NCBI GenBank assembly: GCA_002633005.1
Contig: NMRA01000159.1
Span: 472,547 to 536,546, forward strand
DNA length: 64,000 nt
From: Phoronis australis
Lineage: Eukaryota; Animalia; Phoronida
Reading direction: 5' to 3'
Part shown: piece after piece, positions 1 through 14,200 of the stretch
Position numbering within the stretch: position 1 is the first letter of the stretch
Layout: every line of letters starts with the position of its first letter
Notes under the pieces: generated by a model
The model's input: only the letters and a program-made list of their open reading frames with translations
Databases searched by the model: none
What the model was told of the DNA's origin: nothing
Program-made: the position numbers and the translations under genes

Positions 1-764
1 GGGGGGTTACGCGTCGGAATCTTGGACGCCGTGGAATATTGGGAACCCCATTTTGGATACCCTATTTTCAAAATCCTGGATAAAGGCCTGGTCCTGTGTA
101 TTTCATATAGGTGGTAGTCAAAATCTGGTCACCGAATGAGGGCTTGGAATTTTCCCCTTTTAAGAGGATTTCCTCTCTTTTTTTGTTTGGATTTCCTATT
201 ATTTAATTTCCAATTTTCTCCTTTTTCATGTCTTTTTATCATTATTTTGACTTAGTTCATGCAAAAATGTTTATCGGCATCAGGGCTCGACGTTATCAAA
301 ATTGCCAGGTGGCATTTTGCGACCTAGCCAAAATCACAGGTCGCATTTTCAAAATCCAGCTCGCTTTCGTAAATGCCAGGTCGCAAAATTTTCCGCAATT
401 TTGACACGCCAAAATTGATTTTTTTTAGATCATCAAGAAAATGTTTAGATTATGATCTTCCCTACAATGTTATATACTCACAAATTTTAAGTCGCAAAGT
501 TGAGTTCTTACATACAGGTACGGCGTTACTGTTCTTCATGACCTCCATTGAAATGCTGTAGAGCACAAGGCTAGTTGCCGACCTGAAAATTGAATCAGTA
601 CTCACTAACCGACACATGTATTGACGAGTAGTTAAGTGAGCAATGTGAAAAGGGAGAAAATAATCGTTGAAAAAGTATCCGGTTGGTCTGACCTGCTATA
701 AGACTGATATCAAAGTCCTTAAATATCCAAACTACAATGTAATTCTGATTGCAGACGCTGTACA

Positions 765-1285
765 TTTTTATGCGCCCACATATTTATATGTGGACGCATT
801 ATGCCGTCATCTCCGTCCAGTGTCCGCTGATTTATTTGCACATGTGTTACTTCCGTGGATGGGACAGCATGTGCGAACTTATAGACGAATCCGACTACCG
901 GTGTGTCCCCTAGTGGCAATTTTAGTTTTTTACGTTTATCTCTGTATCTTTAAAAATCCTGAACGGTTTTTCATAAAATTTGGTATGTAGGCACCTATTA
1001 GCGAGTTGATGCTATCCTCTCGTTTTTGGGTGGATATGATGTAGTTTGCGCCACCTATTGGCCATGTTTGCTGTTTTCGAGTCTGTTTTTTGCATCCACC
1101 CCTCTGTCAACCAAACTGCTCAAAGGATGATTGTGAAAATTGTCATGTATATTCTTACTATATAAAGTGGACAGCTGACGATGATTTTCTGATAACTTCG
1201 ACTACTGTGATGCCTCCTAGTAGCGTCTATGACTGTATCTCCTAAACCGTTCGCAGGATCTTTACTAAATTTAATAAGTGTATTT
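765..1285 (+). mobile_element. Helentron-associated non-autonomous element (HINE/DINE-1-like family A), 3'-truncated
   Basis: tttttatGCGCCCACATATTTATATGTGGACGC 5' inverted repeat; closely similar to 13957 onward; ~150-bp core units. Confidence 0.7.
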
Positions 1286-1295
1286 TGAAAATAAG

Positions 1296-1386
1296 CGCAG
1301 AAATTTCTGTGCAGAATTCCTGCGCAGAATTCCTGCGCGGAAATTTATGCGCAGAATTCCAACGCAGAAATCTCTGCGCAGGATTC
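1296..1386. repeat. Short palindromic tandem repeat (tgcgcagaa[a]ttcc)n
   Basis: About seven 13-14 bp self-complementary units. Confidence 0.8.
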
Positions 1387-1789
1387 AACAGAGAACTGGA
1401 ATGTAATGACAAATATCAATTTTAAGCCAAAATAATCGAAATACAGTTGCAGGAAAAAGCTGCAACTTTTGAGGCTTAAAAAGGGAATGAGTGGAAATTC
1501 TCTTTTTAAAATGGAAAGTGTTTTAGTTTTTTTGTATAGTTAAACTGAGCTGACATAAAGATAAATCTTATGTTTCAGTAAATTTTAAGAAAAAAAAAAA
1601 CTTAAATTTGTCTCGAGACTATTCTAAGAAACAGGTCTTAAGTTTGACAGGTTTTTAATGTTTTGTCTTAATTTTGACTGTCTTACCAGATGTGGAAGTT
1701 TCAAAGTTTGGAATTTTAGACAATTTTAAACTTAAGTAAAAAAGTTGGGTTAGTTTCTTGGAACTGGCCCCAGACTCAAGGGTCTAGCA

Positions 1790-1867
1790 GCGTGGCCCAG
1801 TGGGACTTGAGCCCACGACCTCGAGTAAAGAAAGCGTGCACCTATCACACTAGGCCATACTACCTCC
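1790..1867 (-). mobile_element. tRNA-derived SINE head / tRNA-like pseudogene
   Basis: On -: A-box-like tggcctagtgtg and B-box-like ggctcaagtcc at tRNA spacing; acceptor stem does not pair well. Confidence 0.5.
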
Positions 1868-2113
1868 TCAAATGTTGATGTAGATGTAACTGAGAGTTCA
1901 GAATGAGATCAGATGAAATACTTTAATTCTTTCACAGACTGCTTTTAAGTTAATATTTAATTAGATTTTTTTATTCTTAAAGACCGACGAAATGTGTCGC
2001 GCATGAAAACTTTTGCTTGCGTCCAGTATTTGTAAGTACATCTTGAACTTAATGTAATAGGTCTTGTAGTAGAGGTCTTGTACCGTAATAGGATTTCCTT
2101 CTTTGTTTTGTAG

Positions 2114-2299
2114 TATTTAAAAAGGTTGCGCCATCCGGGTATATTGAGGTTCATAGATAAACAGCAAGCTGATGGTTGTGTGTATGTCGTAACTGAATAC
2201 GTACAGCCACTGGAGGCGGTCGTCAGTGAGCTCAACCCTGCCGAAGTGTGCGCTGGCCTCTACAGTATTCTTGAGGCTGTCGCTTTCATTCACGACAAT
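2114..2299 (+). CDS. SCYL3: SCYL3 exon (YLKRLRHPGILRFID...AVAFIHDN)
   Basis: ttttgtag acceptor, gtaagt donor; kinase-like N-lobe motifs. Confidence 0.92.
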
Positions 2300-5200
2300 G
2301 TAAGTACATCATCATGTTATAGATTACGTTATGCAAAAGACAGGATGGCTCTCAAAACAGGAACAGTAATATTATGTTACCCACCAGCTGATGTGGTGTT
2401 CCATAGTACTGTAGGCAAAGCTGTGTTGTAAGTGGACTGAGACAAGAAAAGGTCATCCCTTGAGGTTGAGTGAGTACAATCTTATACTTTCTGAGATTTA
2501 ATTTTGTGAAGAACTAATGTCGGATTAGGATGAACTGACAGTTGGCCAGTGCTTGGGACCGTGCTCAATGCATAAATTAATCCTCCGTGGCAAGACAATA
2601 AGCACCCTCTGTTGCGTGAGATTGATCGCTCACCAGGGGTCTGTTTCATGAAGTGCCTTAAGGCTAAAGTCGGTAATTTGATCTGGCGGTCCACACAACT
2701 ATTTCTGAAAAATAATTGCATCTCTCTTGAGCGAAAGTACAGAGCCTCTGAGAATTTACACGTTACTGCAAGTTATTAAGATTCGGTAAATTAGTTTAGA
2801 CTGTGATGCGCTCGTAATTATTTGGCCAAACGTTTATTCAGCTACTGTGAAGTGGAAGCGTCAGATCAAATTTCTGTCTCAAGTCTTTAAGTCACTGTTC
2901 ATGACGAAAGACCTCAAGTCTCAACCACCACTTGTTCTCAAGCCCTGAAAGCCTTAGGGAACAAGTTGACACTGGACAAAGTTTTGTTGCTTTAAGTTTG
3001 ATAGCAACGTCTCCAATTTAGGACTGAACATGGCAGAAAAGTGAACTATTTGTTCTCATTTTTATCCAGTGGACATGTAGCGCCAAATGAAAAGCTCTAC
3101 CATGTTCAAGTTCTGTACCTCAGTTATCCGGAGACAGTATTTTTAATAACAAACAAATTTTTAGCAGTCACAACAACTTCAAAAGCCCTTGAAAAATGAA
3201 GAAAATGCATTTTTAGCCAATATGTGTGTTCGAAGTTGGTGAGATTTTACTGCAGACTAAATTAAAAATTAGTTTTTGGTGAAAGGCTTGTAGACGCTAA
3301 CAATGTGTGCACATATTTTCTCTTTAGGCTGGTGTGTGTCACAACAATCTGGGTATGTCTTCCGTTTACGTCAGTCACGATGGAAGTTGGAAGCTTGCTG
3401 GAATGGACTTTGCCTGCAAGACTGCCGATGCTACTAAGGAATACCTGAAAGCAACGCAGCCAATTAGAGATCACGATATCATATCTCCTGAGGAGAAGGT
3501 TAGTAAAAGGGTGTTTCAATAGAGATGGAACTTAATCACCTTGGTTACCAGCGGGAATAGTGACTGAAAAGGTCAAGTACTTGCATACAGTAGTCTTCAA
3601 AGTGTTGTGGGTAACGTCGTAGTCTGTGGCTAAATATCGTTTTTTTTACTAGAACCCGTTTCAAGTCCAGCTAAATCTTTACAAAATAAGGCACGCATTT
3701 GTTGAAATCATGACAAATTGCAGTTAGTTGCAAGGCACAATAAAATAATTTAAAACCAAACTAAATGTCACCATAGATGCTATTTTATTTCGACAAAATG
3801 TCAACTAAACTAAACTGAGGATTTCATTTGCGGAACTGCTTTCAAATTCCAATTGCATTATGGGACAGTTGTCGGCTTGTAAACATTCGGTGACACCACA
3901 GAAAACAATGCGACTTGTAAACAATATGATGAAAAACGGCATTTGTCCCTTGAAGTCAACAAAATTGAAACATGGATCCACTGCAACATGTTCATGGTGT
4001 TAGTTTTACTAAACAACGTCATACATAAGAACAGAAAAATTGGAATGAGCTACCATGCATCGAATCAATATATAGACTTTTAGCAAATCTTTTGCGCGGA
4101 AGATTCTCGAGGCACACACCATTTGTTCAAACCGAAATTAAATCTCACCACTTAAAATGCTAGGCCTACGTTCTGTGAACTCCAGATTCTTAGATTATGC
4201 ATGACTTTGCGAGACATTGCTCTCCATGAAGCATGTGATTGTACTAGCTGTATTTGCTAACTTCTTATATCTATGGAATGGAGTCCTAGTTTATACACGT
4301 ATCCAAGTCACCGGATGTTTACGGACTGAGAGCCTTCCCATAATGCTTTGGAAAAGTGACCGTTAGTGCTGCTGGTGAATAGGTTGTTGCAGATGAAATC
4401 CGTTGAATTCTGGCGTAACATTGGTCCAAGTGTATCTGATTCCAACGGAGTTCTGTTGAACTTTGTTTTCCTTCTGAAAACTGATGGGGAGATTTTCTTT
4501 AATGCAAAGCTGCTCTTGCTTGAAGATGTCCAAAAATCTGCTACTCAAAACCTGGTAGAACAAATGTGAGACGTATGAACATGCCAAAATGATCACCTAG
4601 GAGTTGTACCTGGATGTAGTGATACAATGGGGGAATACTATAAAGTAAGAAGTACTAACTCGCTGTATTCCAAAGCGGAACAATTTTATCATTGGAATGC
4701 ACATGTCCCTATGTAACAGTTACATTAACTGACGTGAACACTGGACGTGCTGTAAGGCAATAATCGATGTCTTATTTGCATTATATGCACGTATGCAAAC
4801 TTTTCGTTTTAATGTACAACATTCTCATTGGCAACGAAACATTATACTAACCTTAACTCCTGCCAATTTTTTGTTCTTGCCTGTTCAGTTTGGTTTTGAT
4901 GTTTTTGAGTTATTGGTTGATATTTTCATTGTTTACTTACAGGTGTTATGTTTTTGCTGATGATGTATTGAGTTGTGTGTGTATTGCAAATAAAACTTAA
5001 AATTGTATTGTATTATAGTCTTCTTATTGTGCCAATTCAAAATTGTTTGTGAAAACTTTGTTGGTACATGTTGCGCATTATTTCCACAAAATGTAGGGCA
5101 GAAAAAGCTCAGGACTCTCAGACCTGTCTTAAGGTTTATTAACATCAAGGGCAGATCCAGGATTTTGAGTTATGGGGGGCCAGGGCAGAGTATTAGCCAG

Positions 5201-8200
5201 GATTTTGCCCGTCAGACATTCATCCCCCCAAACTGCCAAATGGAATCTGGGAGAATTTTAGGGGGGGGGCATGACCCCTTGGCCTCCCTCTTCATCTGCC
5301 ACTGAACATGGCCTGGGGTTTTGTAGATACATGGAAGGAGATTACCAATGGTTTCCTAGAATTTTTCACCATTTTGAAGGTTTCATTCTTCCTGTTGTGG
5401 TATATTTGCAAATTTTGGACAAGTGTTATAATTGAAAGAATTGATTTTCTTTTCATTTTTCTTAGGTCTTTAATGGTTGTGATTTACAATTCTTGAAAAA
5501 CTGAAGAAAAAACGCATCACGTTTCTGCCATATTGTGCCCTAAGGTAGCAAGAGTTTATCATACCTAGCCTGTATATTTTGTTTTATTGTGCAGGCTGAT
5601 GAAGCATTTCCTCCAAATACAGAGTATTCAAGGGATGTGTATGCCTTTGGTGTCCTGGCTGAACTCCTGCTTGAAGCACTGAATGAGTTAGGTGAGTAGT
5701 TAATCTATTCTATGTTGTAGGTTTTTCTCTGTTAATCTTCAGTTGCAGAGAATAATAAGACATAACTGGCAAGTGAGTCTTTGGACCAGTGGGAACACCT
5801 CGGGTGTTTTCGTATGCCTTGAATTGTACCTCGGAGGTGTTTAATATCGGGGCATGAGCAAATTTCTGTCTTTGGCAACAATGCTGGGTTTAGGTTGAAG
5901 TCCTGTTTAGACATTAACATTTGACATGGCGCAATTGACATGGCGCAAGATAATCGGTGTCAAGCGGCCGTTTACATACAAACACACAACTCTGAAACGG
6001 TAGCTAGGCTGAAGTTGTAGGCGAGTGTTCGTGCGCAAAGATGCAAATTGTGGAAGTCATAGTTCGTTGTTAATATTGTTATGGCGCTTCTATTTCCTAT
6101 GGTGACCTAAATCTCACATTGAAAAAAAATGAAAAAAATCACTTTTCTTCTTGGAGAAAACCTTTCCTCCGTAGAGATTTTTTTTCGGAATGTTATTTTT
6201 TTCAATGTCAGCTTTGATCCTCCGTAAATTCTCCTAGTGTAAGTAATTTGTGACATTGAGTTTTGCTTCAATAAATTTTTTGATCAGCTGATTACCGCTT
6301 TCATCAGCAGACCTACTGTACGTAACCAATCACTTGACTTGAACCCAGTCTTGGCTGTTAACTGTGTGTAATATTCTGACTGTTGGCAAAAGTTTCCACC
6401 ATGATATCAGTTTGTAAACATACTCATCTTGTTCAGTGTCAGTTGATCCGTGTCAACTTACAGTGTAGATGGCGCTTAAGACATCTAAAATCATGTTTAC
6501 AGCCTAGGAGGTGTAATAGTCGTAGCTGACATCAATCCTTGGTCTGTCTTCTGAAGCTGGAATCTAATATTTGTTCTCGAAATGGAACACATTTTCTGAT
6601 CTATTTTTGTTCAAAATCAAGATATATGTCCATTATTCTATGCTTGAAAACATTACGATTTATGGATACGAGTTTCTTGTCCAAGTTCGTACTTGATTAC
6701 CCCTAGATTTAGGCTACAAACTCAAGTAAAAACTCAAGACTTCAAGTAAAAATTCGGAATTTCGAGTTCAGGCTTGAACTTATAGCATTAATGCCGAGGT
6801 CATCAAGTGCAAACCAGGATTAGCCAGTTATCTATTAGCATTAAGCCATTACTTGAGCACAGACTAACAGACACTGATCTTGAGCTTGGTTAAAAGTAAA
6901 ATAGTAAAAGGGGAAGAATAATTCTGAATTTGATTTGGAGTAGAAAGATTCGACCCCAAGCCCTGATGAATTGTTGACTCTTTTTGAAGCATGTTATTAC
7001 ATTGGGTGTTCTGGTGCATTCGACTGCATTCACCATTTTGGAAGTCATTGGCTTGCTGTAAACTTTGATGTTCACGTCAGTCACATGCACTGATGTGAAA
7101 CACATGTGAGGGATAGTTTGAGGCTACAAAAATATCCGAGGTGTTCCAGGGCCCGGTCTCCAATCCTTTTACTCGAAATGAAACTCGAAATCAGGTTTGG
7201 CATTTTCTATTCTACTTTTGGGCGAACTCAAGATAAGTGTCTTATTATTCTATGCTCGAGTACACAATAACTTACGTAGATAATTTATTGCACTTAGTTC
7301 GCAGTTTGTAAACCCAATATTAAAGCAATAAGTTCGAGTTTGAACTCGAAATTTCAAGTTTTTACTCGAGTTTGTAGCACGAATATAAGGGTTTTCAAGG
7401 GCAAACTTGAACTAGAAACTCCTATGCATAAACTATAATGTATTCAAGCACAGTCTGATAACCAGTTATCTTAAGTTCACACAAAAGGAGCAAAGAAATT
7501 GCCAAAAATAGTTTCGAGTTCGTTTCGAGTACAAAGATTAGAGACCGGGCCCAGATGTCTGTGCACTTATATGTAAACAATGAATCTGCCCATCTTCTTG
7601 TCCTAATAGACTGCTGCAGTCTAATGCTGTGCATTACAATGCTTGTTCATGCACTCTCGCAATGAGCATGAATCCATCTTGTAGTAAGCCTGATTAGAAT
7701 AACACTGCTATAAGTTTTAACCACGCAACGTTCTTTCTGCCCACAGTGTTTCTGTTCTCGTTATTTCATAACAGAGTCTTGTTGACAGGAATATATAAGT
7801 CTCATGGTGTGGCCAACAGGTGGCGTGCTGACCGGACTTATAAATGTTTGCGAGAATCGTGTTGACTAAATCGTGAAGTTAAATATTTTGCAGGTGAGAT
7901 AACAAAAACGTTTGAGCTGCGCTTACAGGATGAGCTGTTGAATTCAGATCCGAGCAAGCGACCTCATTTGAGAGAACTTTTAGAAGACAGGCTATTCCGT
8001 AACGACTTCTTGGAAATTGTGAAGTTTCTTAAAAATATAACTATGAAGTCAAACGAAGAAAAAGACGCTTTCTTTCGGTAAGTCCTAAAGTCTTATTCGT
8101 TTGTGCAAAACGAGTTGCAATGCATGAAAAGGGAAGACAGTTCAGAAGAGAGGAACACTTGTACTGGCAACAGCCCTAGGCATAGTGCCATGGTGAGATT

Positions 8201-11200
8201 GGATGTCGTTACCATGGAAATGTACTGGTTTGTAGTGTCTTTGATGTTGTCCCTGCCATCGGACTGTGTTTTGAGTGGAATTCTGCCCTGTCATGGTTGG
8301 TGTTGTTACCAGAAAGTCATATCTTGCTGGCATGATCTTCAGATCTTGCAAAGGTTCTGATGTTTTCCAAAACAGTTACCGAGATCAGAAATCGTCTAGT
8401 AAATGGCAGAGAATAAGGAAAGACGACAATTCTTTTACCTAACTAACGCAACTTTGTGTCGTCAAAAACTTAAACATATGTCACTGCCACAAAGTTTTGC
8501 AAAAGAAACAATTTGGCGATGCTTAGATATGCACTCAATTACAAGTGCCATGCTTGTAATTTTCACAAGTGCGTCGTTTCGATTTTGTTTTGCAAATCTT
8601 GTTGCCGTGGTCTGTTCTTGTGAATAGTCATTAGCAAACCAAAGTGCCCCCTTTTGTTACTTCACAAAGGTCCCACTTCTTGGGAGATGAGAAGACCAGA
8701 AAACCCTGGCGGTGACAATTTTTTTCTACGTATGGAATATTCATTGGAAATCAAAAGAGTGAAAATCTCTTGGAGCACTCAAGTATAATGGTAATTTGTC
8801 ACCTATTTAGCACATAATATGGCTGACATGTGGAATCAAATTTACTGAGTGACAAAAATGAACTATGAGAAGATTTCATTTCATTTAATAATAGCTTAAT
8901 AAATCAATATGTTGGTACATTTGTTTGAATTAGTTGCAATAAAACAACACTTGCTTAATTTTCTATTATCCGCAACACAGTCATCAGCTTTTGAAAAATT
9001 GAAGACTCAGTCAACATTATAGTAATTACTGTGTGTGTGCGAAATAAATCGAGGCTTAGCGTACTCATTTACGGCAGTGTGTGTGTTTTGTATTCTTCCT
9101 GTCTTTCTGTTGTTACACCTCGATCGCTTTGGTTTCATTCTACTAACTTTGGCCTTGTGATACTCAATGGTAGCTTAACCAGGCTGAGGCAAGACTGTTG
9201 TGGTGTTGTTGCACAAACAGGTGCTCTACCGGTTTTGTGGCTGAAAAATGCTTTTGTGAGACTGTTGTCGGAAAATGTAGACTTTTTGAAATTATTCGCT
9301 CTGCCCAGAGCTATAAAACAACAAAATCCACAGTGTTTTCATGGTTTAATTACAAATTGCCAATTGTCACTGTTGTCTGCCAGACATTCGCTGAAATCAA
9401 TGTCAGTGCTTGCGGGTTTCATCACACGCTCAGGCTGATCTCAGAAAAACTCCTTTCTTGGGGATAATGTCTCTTTAAGTCCCGCTTTGCTCATGATTTG
9501 TGTTGTTAGCTTTTCCACTTATTTCAGTTCATTACTGCTGAAGCTTCAACAGCTCCCCGAGGACCTGGTGGCCAACCGTTTGGTGGAGTTGTTGTTGTCC
9601 CGACTGGTGCTACTTGATGAGACGGCTGTAAAAGAATTAGTGCCCCACCTATTGACACCTAAAGGAAGTAGGTTGAGTTAGTACGCTACCTATTGACAGC
9701 TTGAGGAGTTAATGTGAAATAATGGAGATATCCAGGGTTGCACCCCTCTATTAACATTTAAAGCTTATCTTCAACGGTAACTCCTGTAAATTTGGTTCCC
9801 ACAGTATATTAAGAGCATCGCTCTGAGCCCACTAGGGCCATAAATTTCCAAATGTAATGAACTCTTAGGCGTATTGGCTTGTTTTTGTCTACGTCACCAT
9901 GAGAATCACCTTTTAATTCAAACAATTGCAAATAACACCCGCACACAATGGTGTTCTATTCAGACCCCTATTCAATACAACCTTTTGCTGTTTGTGCTGA
10001 GATCTCGCGCTTACCCAACATGGCACGAAAAGGCAGCTTCACCTATCATTTGACGGGCTTAAATTTGCATGATTAAACTTGCGTTTTCTTATTTTACTAA
10101 GTCTGCTAGGACTCTCTGATTAGTCCAATACATCTAAAATAAAAAAATCCATTGAAGTTTAGTTTTAAGTGAAAGAGCTTTCCAAGGTATTTATTCTAAG
10201 ACTTACAAAAATTCGATCTTTTTACCTTAGATCTCCAGGAAGTGCCCTCTTATCCAGAATCCTGAAAGTTTCGTGTAATCAATCATCTGCTTGGTAAACT
10301 AGCAGTTGATTTCGGATAGATGGTACCTGCTTACTTGTATCTGTGATAGTGTGAACTTTTGGCTCTTTGAAATAGTATTAAATGAAAACTGAATTCATCT
10401 CTTAGAGATCTGTTATCTTCATCTTCTGGCTGACCCTGTTTTGGATGACTGCTTTCCCACCATCCTTTATTTGTATGACGTCCCACTGTCTGTAACAACA
10501 TCAATAGGCAGTACATTAAAGTAGTACACCATCTAGTGACACTCTAGCCTGTACGCTTCAACATTCCTGTTGAGGGACCTCTCAGCATGGAGGGCCTGCA
10601 TGTGAATAGCCGCGCTGATTAAGAGTTTGCCGCAGTTATTTTCAAGATCAAGAACTTTGACGTCAGGAAACTCTGTAAGGTGGCCAGTGTTCATGCTACA
10701 TTTTAGCTTCATTTTTTTCCAAATTCTTGCTTCTGATATTTGGTCAAAAATTAAGTACTAGTATAATTCACACGTAATGTGTGTGAATGTGTTCTCTGTG
10801 TTTCCAGACTCTACCCCGCTTCTCTCAAGCTCGGTCCAACCCCTGCTGTGTGAAGACCTCTTCAAGTCGCATGTCATACCAATTGTCTTCAAAATATTTC
10901 ACGTCCACGACACACATATCCGACTCCAGTTGCTGCGACATTTCCATGCTTACGGTCATTTGTTTGACACGGATAGTTTGATAAGCGCTGTGTTGCCACA
11001 GGTTCGTTATTGCACTTAACATTCCTTTAACATGCTCAGGCACTTAGTTGTACATAATTAGTGAGTAAGTGTTCACTGTAGGTTATACAGGACCGTATTG
11101 TGCATTTAGTCAAATATCTACAAAGCTCTTTTGGTTTTATCTATTAAAGGTTAAAGACGAATTTTCTGAAAGCAGAAAGCTTGTAGGGTTTGGCTTCTCA

Positions 11201-14200
11201 CCAAGCTGGCATATGTTAGGTCACATGACCACATTCTTTTAGTATTCAGCATAGTTACGGCATGACTAATTTGACAAAATTTCTTTTGATATAAATGCTT
11301 GAGATGCATTATCAAAAATGCTGCTACAGTTTCGTAATGTTTCGTTTTATGCAACTTTTGGTATGTAATGAATGTCACAAAGGCCCTACTTGCCGACTGC
11401 CCATCATACAAAAGTGGAATATTTCAAAAATAATTCCTTTCAGCATTTTGAAGAATGCACTATGTACATTGTATAGTATCTGAAAATTTTGAATGAATCC
11501 GATCTGCCGTTTCCGGACATCTTTCTAGACTCCCACACAACTGTTGAAGTGTTTATAAGCCCGCCCATCATCACAAAAACTAACTTTTGATGTAAACCAT
11601 CTTTTGTTATCATAATGGCATTTTTCTCAAATTGTTTGTTGTCCAAGAAGTGGTGATTTTCTGGCTCTTAACATGTCTTACGTCACTTTTCATTAAACAG
11701 TCCGCTGGGCTTGGAAAATTTTGACAATTCATAGTAAATTACTTGAGACCAGGTTCTACCAATTGGCTTGTCATGGTGGGTCATTTTATGCCGTGGGCAT
11801 GGCCTTGAACAATAGTGACTTGAAAACATTTATCTGAAATAATAAGTTGACACGAGTGTAGTAAATGATCAAATATTTAGGTTTTATAGTCACTTAGATT
11901 TGGTTTGGGGGCACATCATGGAAAATACAATTTTTAGATATTTGACTTGTCCACCTCAGATTTTCTGTGTGACTTCCGAGTGTATTGTGGCCGATTTGTC
12001 ACATGGGACATACCTGACTCTTGTAGGTTCGTTTAGGATGTTATGATCTCAATGATGCACTGGTTGAAGAGAGTCTGCGTGTTTTAGCTGACCTGGTTCG
12101 TCTGTTGGGAGGAGATACAGTGATAAGTTGTGAGAGACAGAGACACTTCTCTGAGGGAAAACCTAAGGTATGTACTTGGCTGTCCAACATATTGTCAGAG
12201 ATATAACATCGTTGAATTGGAGATTTATCGGTCACATTTTCCAAAGGTCTGAATGCGGTTGTATTTAAGACCGTCATAGGCACGGTATTTGAAAGGCGGT
12301 GCTGCATTTCCTGTCAGAGAGAAATTTTGCAACTCTTGTTATGTAGGTAATATTACTTTTTCCCAAAGTCCCCCAATGTTACCATGAAATATGGACATGC
12401 ACGAGTGAGTCATTTTTTTACATAGACATTGGAAATACATGGATTACATTAGTACTGACTCTGTTCTCATTCCGGTCGTTTTTCACTACTTCCTCTGTTG
12501 TTTGTACCGATCGGGTTATTCACCGCTTCTGCTTGAAATGATCGCTGTGTGCATTGTTACGTGACCTTTGGTACACCTAGCTTCCCGTCGTATTTATTTG
12601 GGATTTGGTATTACGCGGAACTATTTTTCTCCGCTTCTACGAGATATGTTCACTGAGTCTTTTTTGCCTGTTTTCCACACCCCAGTTATGCGTTTCGTGC
12701 CAGTTATGAACTAGTCGACTTATGACCTTCTTGACTTTGTTTGCTGGTACAGATATACACTATTGCACTTAGTCACCAGCGTGCAAAGTTATTACACATT
12801 TTTCTAAGGTGCCCCTATTCCTGGCCATCATTTGTTTGGCACCTGCAGTCTTTCGCAAGAGACACGCAGTACTGGCTGACCTCACCTCATTCTTGACAAA
12901 CAACTATCACCAGCATGCTGTTCAGGGCTACATGCCACTCCTGCGACATATTGGTGATGCCGCATATTTCCGCAAATTAGAAACCGGCCTGCGATTTTTG
13001 CTCTTTGACTGTTCTCACACTCATGATCTGTTCAGCCGGAGCATTCGTACTGTGATGATGCAAAACCGGACTTTTGTCCTTTGAGAAAAGGGACCTAGGT
13101 ATTTAAGATGATTTAAATTCTCTCAAAATTCTTTAATTGTCACATTCATCAACACGTTTACTGGTCTTCTGTCATTGTAATTTTGTGTGCTGGTTATTTG
13201 GTTATCTGTTCAATATTCTAGTAGATCTTCAAAATAAAATTCATAGTTAAAATGTTGAATGCTGTGTGTTTCAGAATCAGACAGTGAGTGGTTCGCGTGT
13301 ACCCAGGCCTGTTAAACAAACTATGACAACAAGGTAATGTATCTGTTAAGCTTGTGTGTCTAACTATTACGGTACCATAGACTACACTTAGTCACAAGGT
13401 AATGTGTCTGCCTATTACCATAGACTATACTTAGTCACAGGGTAATGTGATTACCTATTTACCATAGATTATACTTAGTTACAGGGTAACATGTCTACAT
13501 ATTACCATAGACTACTTAGTCACAAGGAAAGGTGTCTACCAATTACCATGTAACATACCTAGTCACAGAATGATGGCCACTGCATTCTCAAAACAAGCTT
13601 TGACACTACTGTTGTGCTGACGTGTGTGAATTTAAGTGTCGCAACACTTCTTTTGCAGTTTGGCATAGTTTGCTTCATTTCAACAGGTGGTAGACATATG
13701 TATTTCTAAATAATGCTTATCTGGGCATTATATATTTTCCCATGACTCGGTGGTTCATCTAATGTGCAATGTTGTGCAAGTGAATGCCCTCTCCACTTGT
13801 ACTGTTCTTCATTCCATGCAGCAACGGGCTTTCCAGGCCTATGAAGCCACCTAGGAAACAGCGGGCTGAGGAAAGAAGAAAAACGGAGAAAAGTCCTGGG
13901 GAAGAGAAAACCAAATTCTTGAAAGGTACATTGTTGTTGTTGTTGTTGTTGATGCGTTTTTATGCTCCCACATATTTATATGTGGACGCATTATGCCGTC
14001 ATCTCCGTCCGTCTGTCCGGCGTCCGTCTGGCGTCCGTCCGGCGCCCGCTGCTCTATCTCCAAAACGCCTTGATTTATGTTCATGAAATTGTGCACATGT
14101 GTTCCTTTCGTGGACGGGACGGCATGAGCGAACTTTCGGACAGATTCGACTACCGGTGTGCCCCCTAGTGGCAATTTTAGTTTTTTACGTTTACATCTAT

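Noticed and set aside
1790-1867. Functional tRNA gene
   Set aside because: A and B boxes are degenerate and the acceptor stem does not pair; treated as a SINE head or pseudogene.
10999-12035. AGGTTCGTT repeated at both ends of a SCYL3 intron (intron-gain signature)
   Set aside because: Only 9 bp, four of which are forced by AG|GT splice consensus; the intron position appears ancestral, so probably coincidence.
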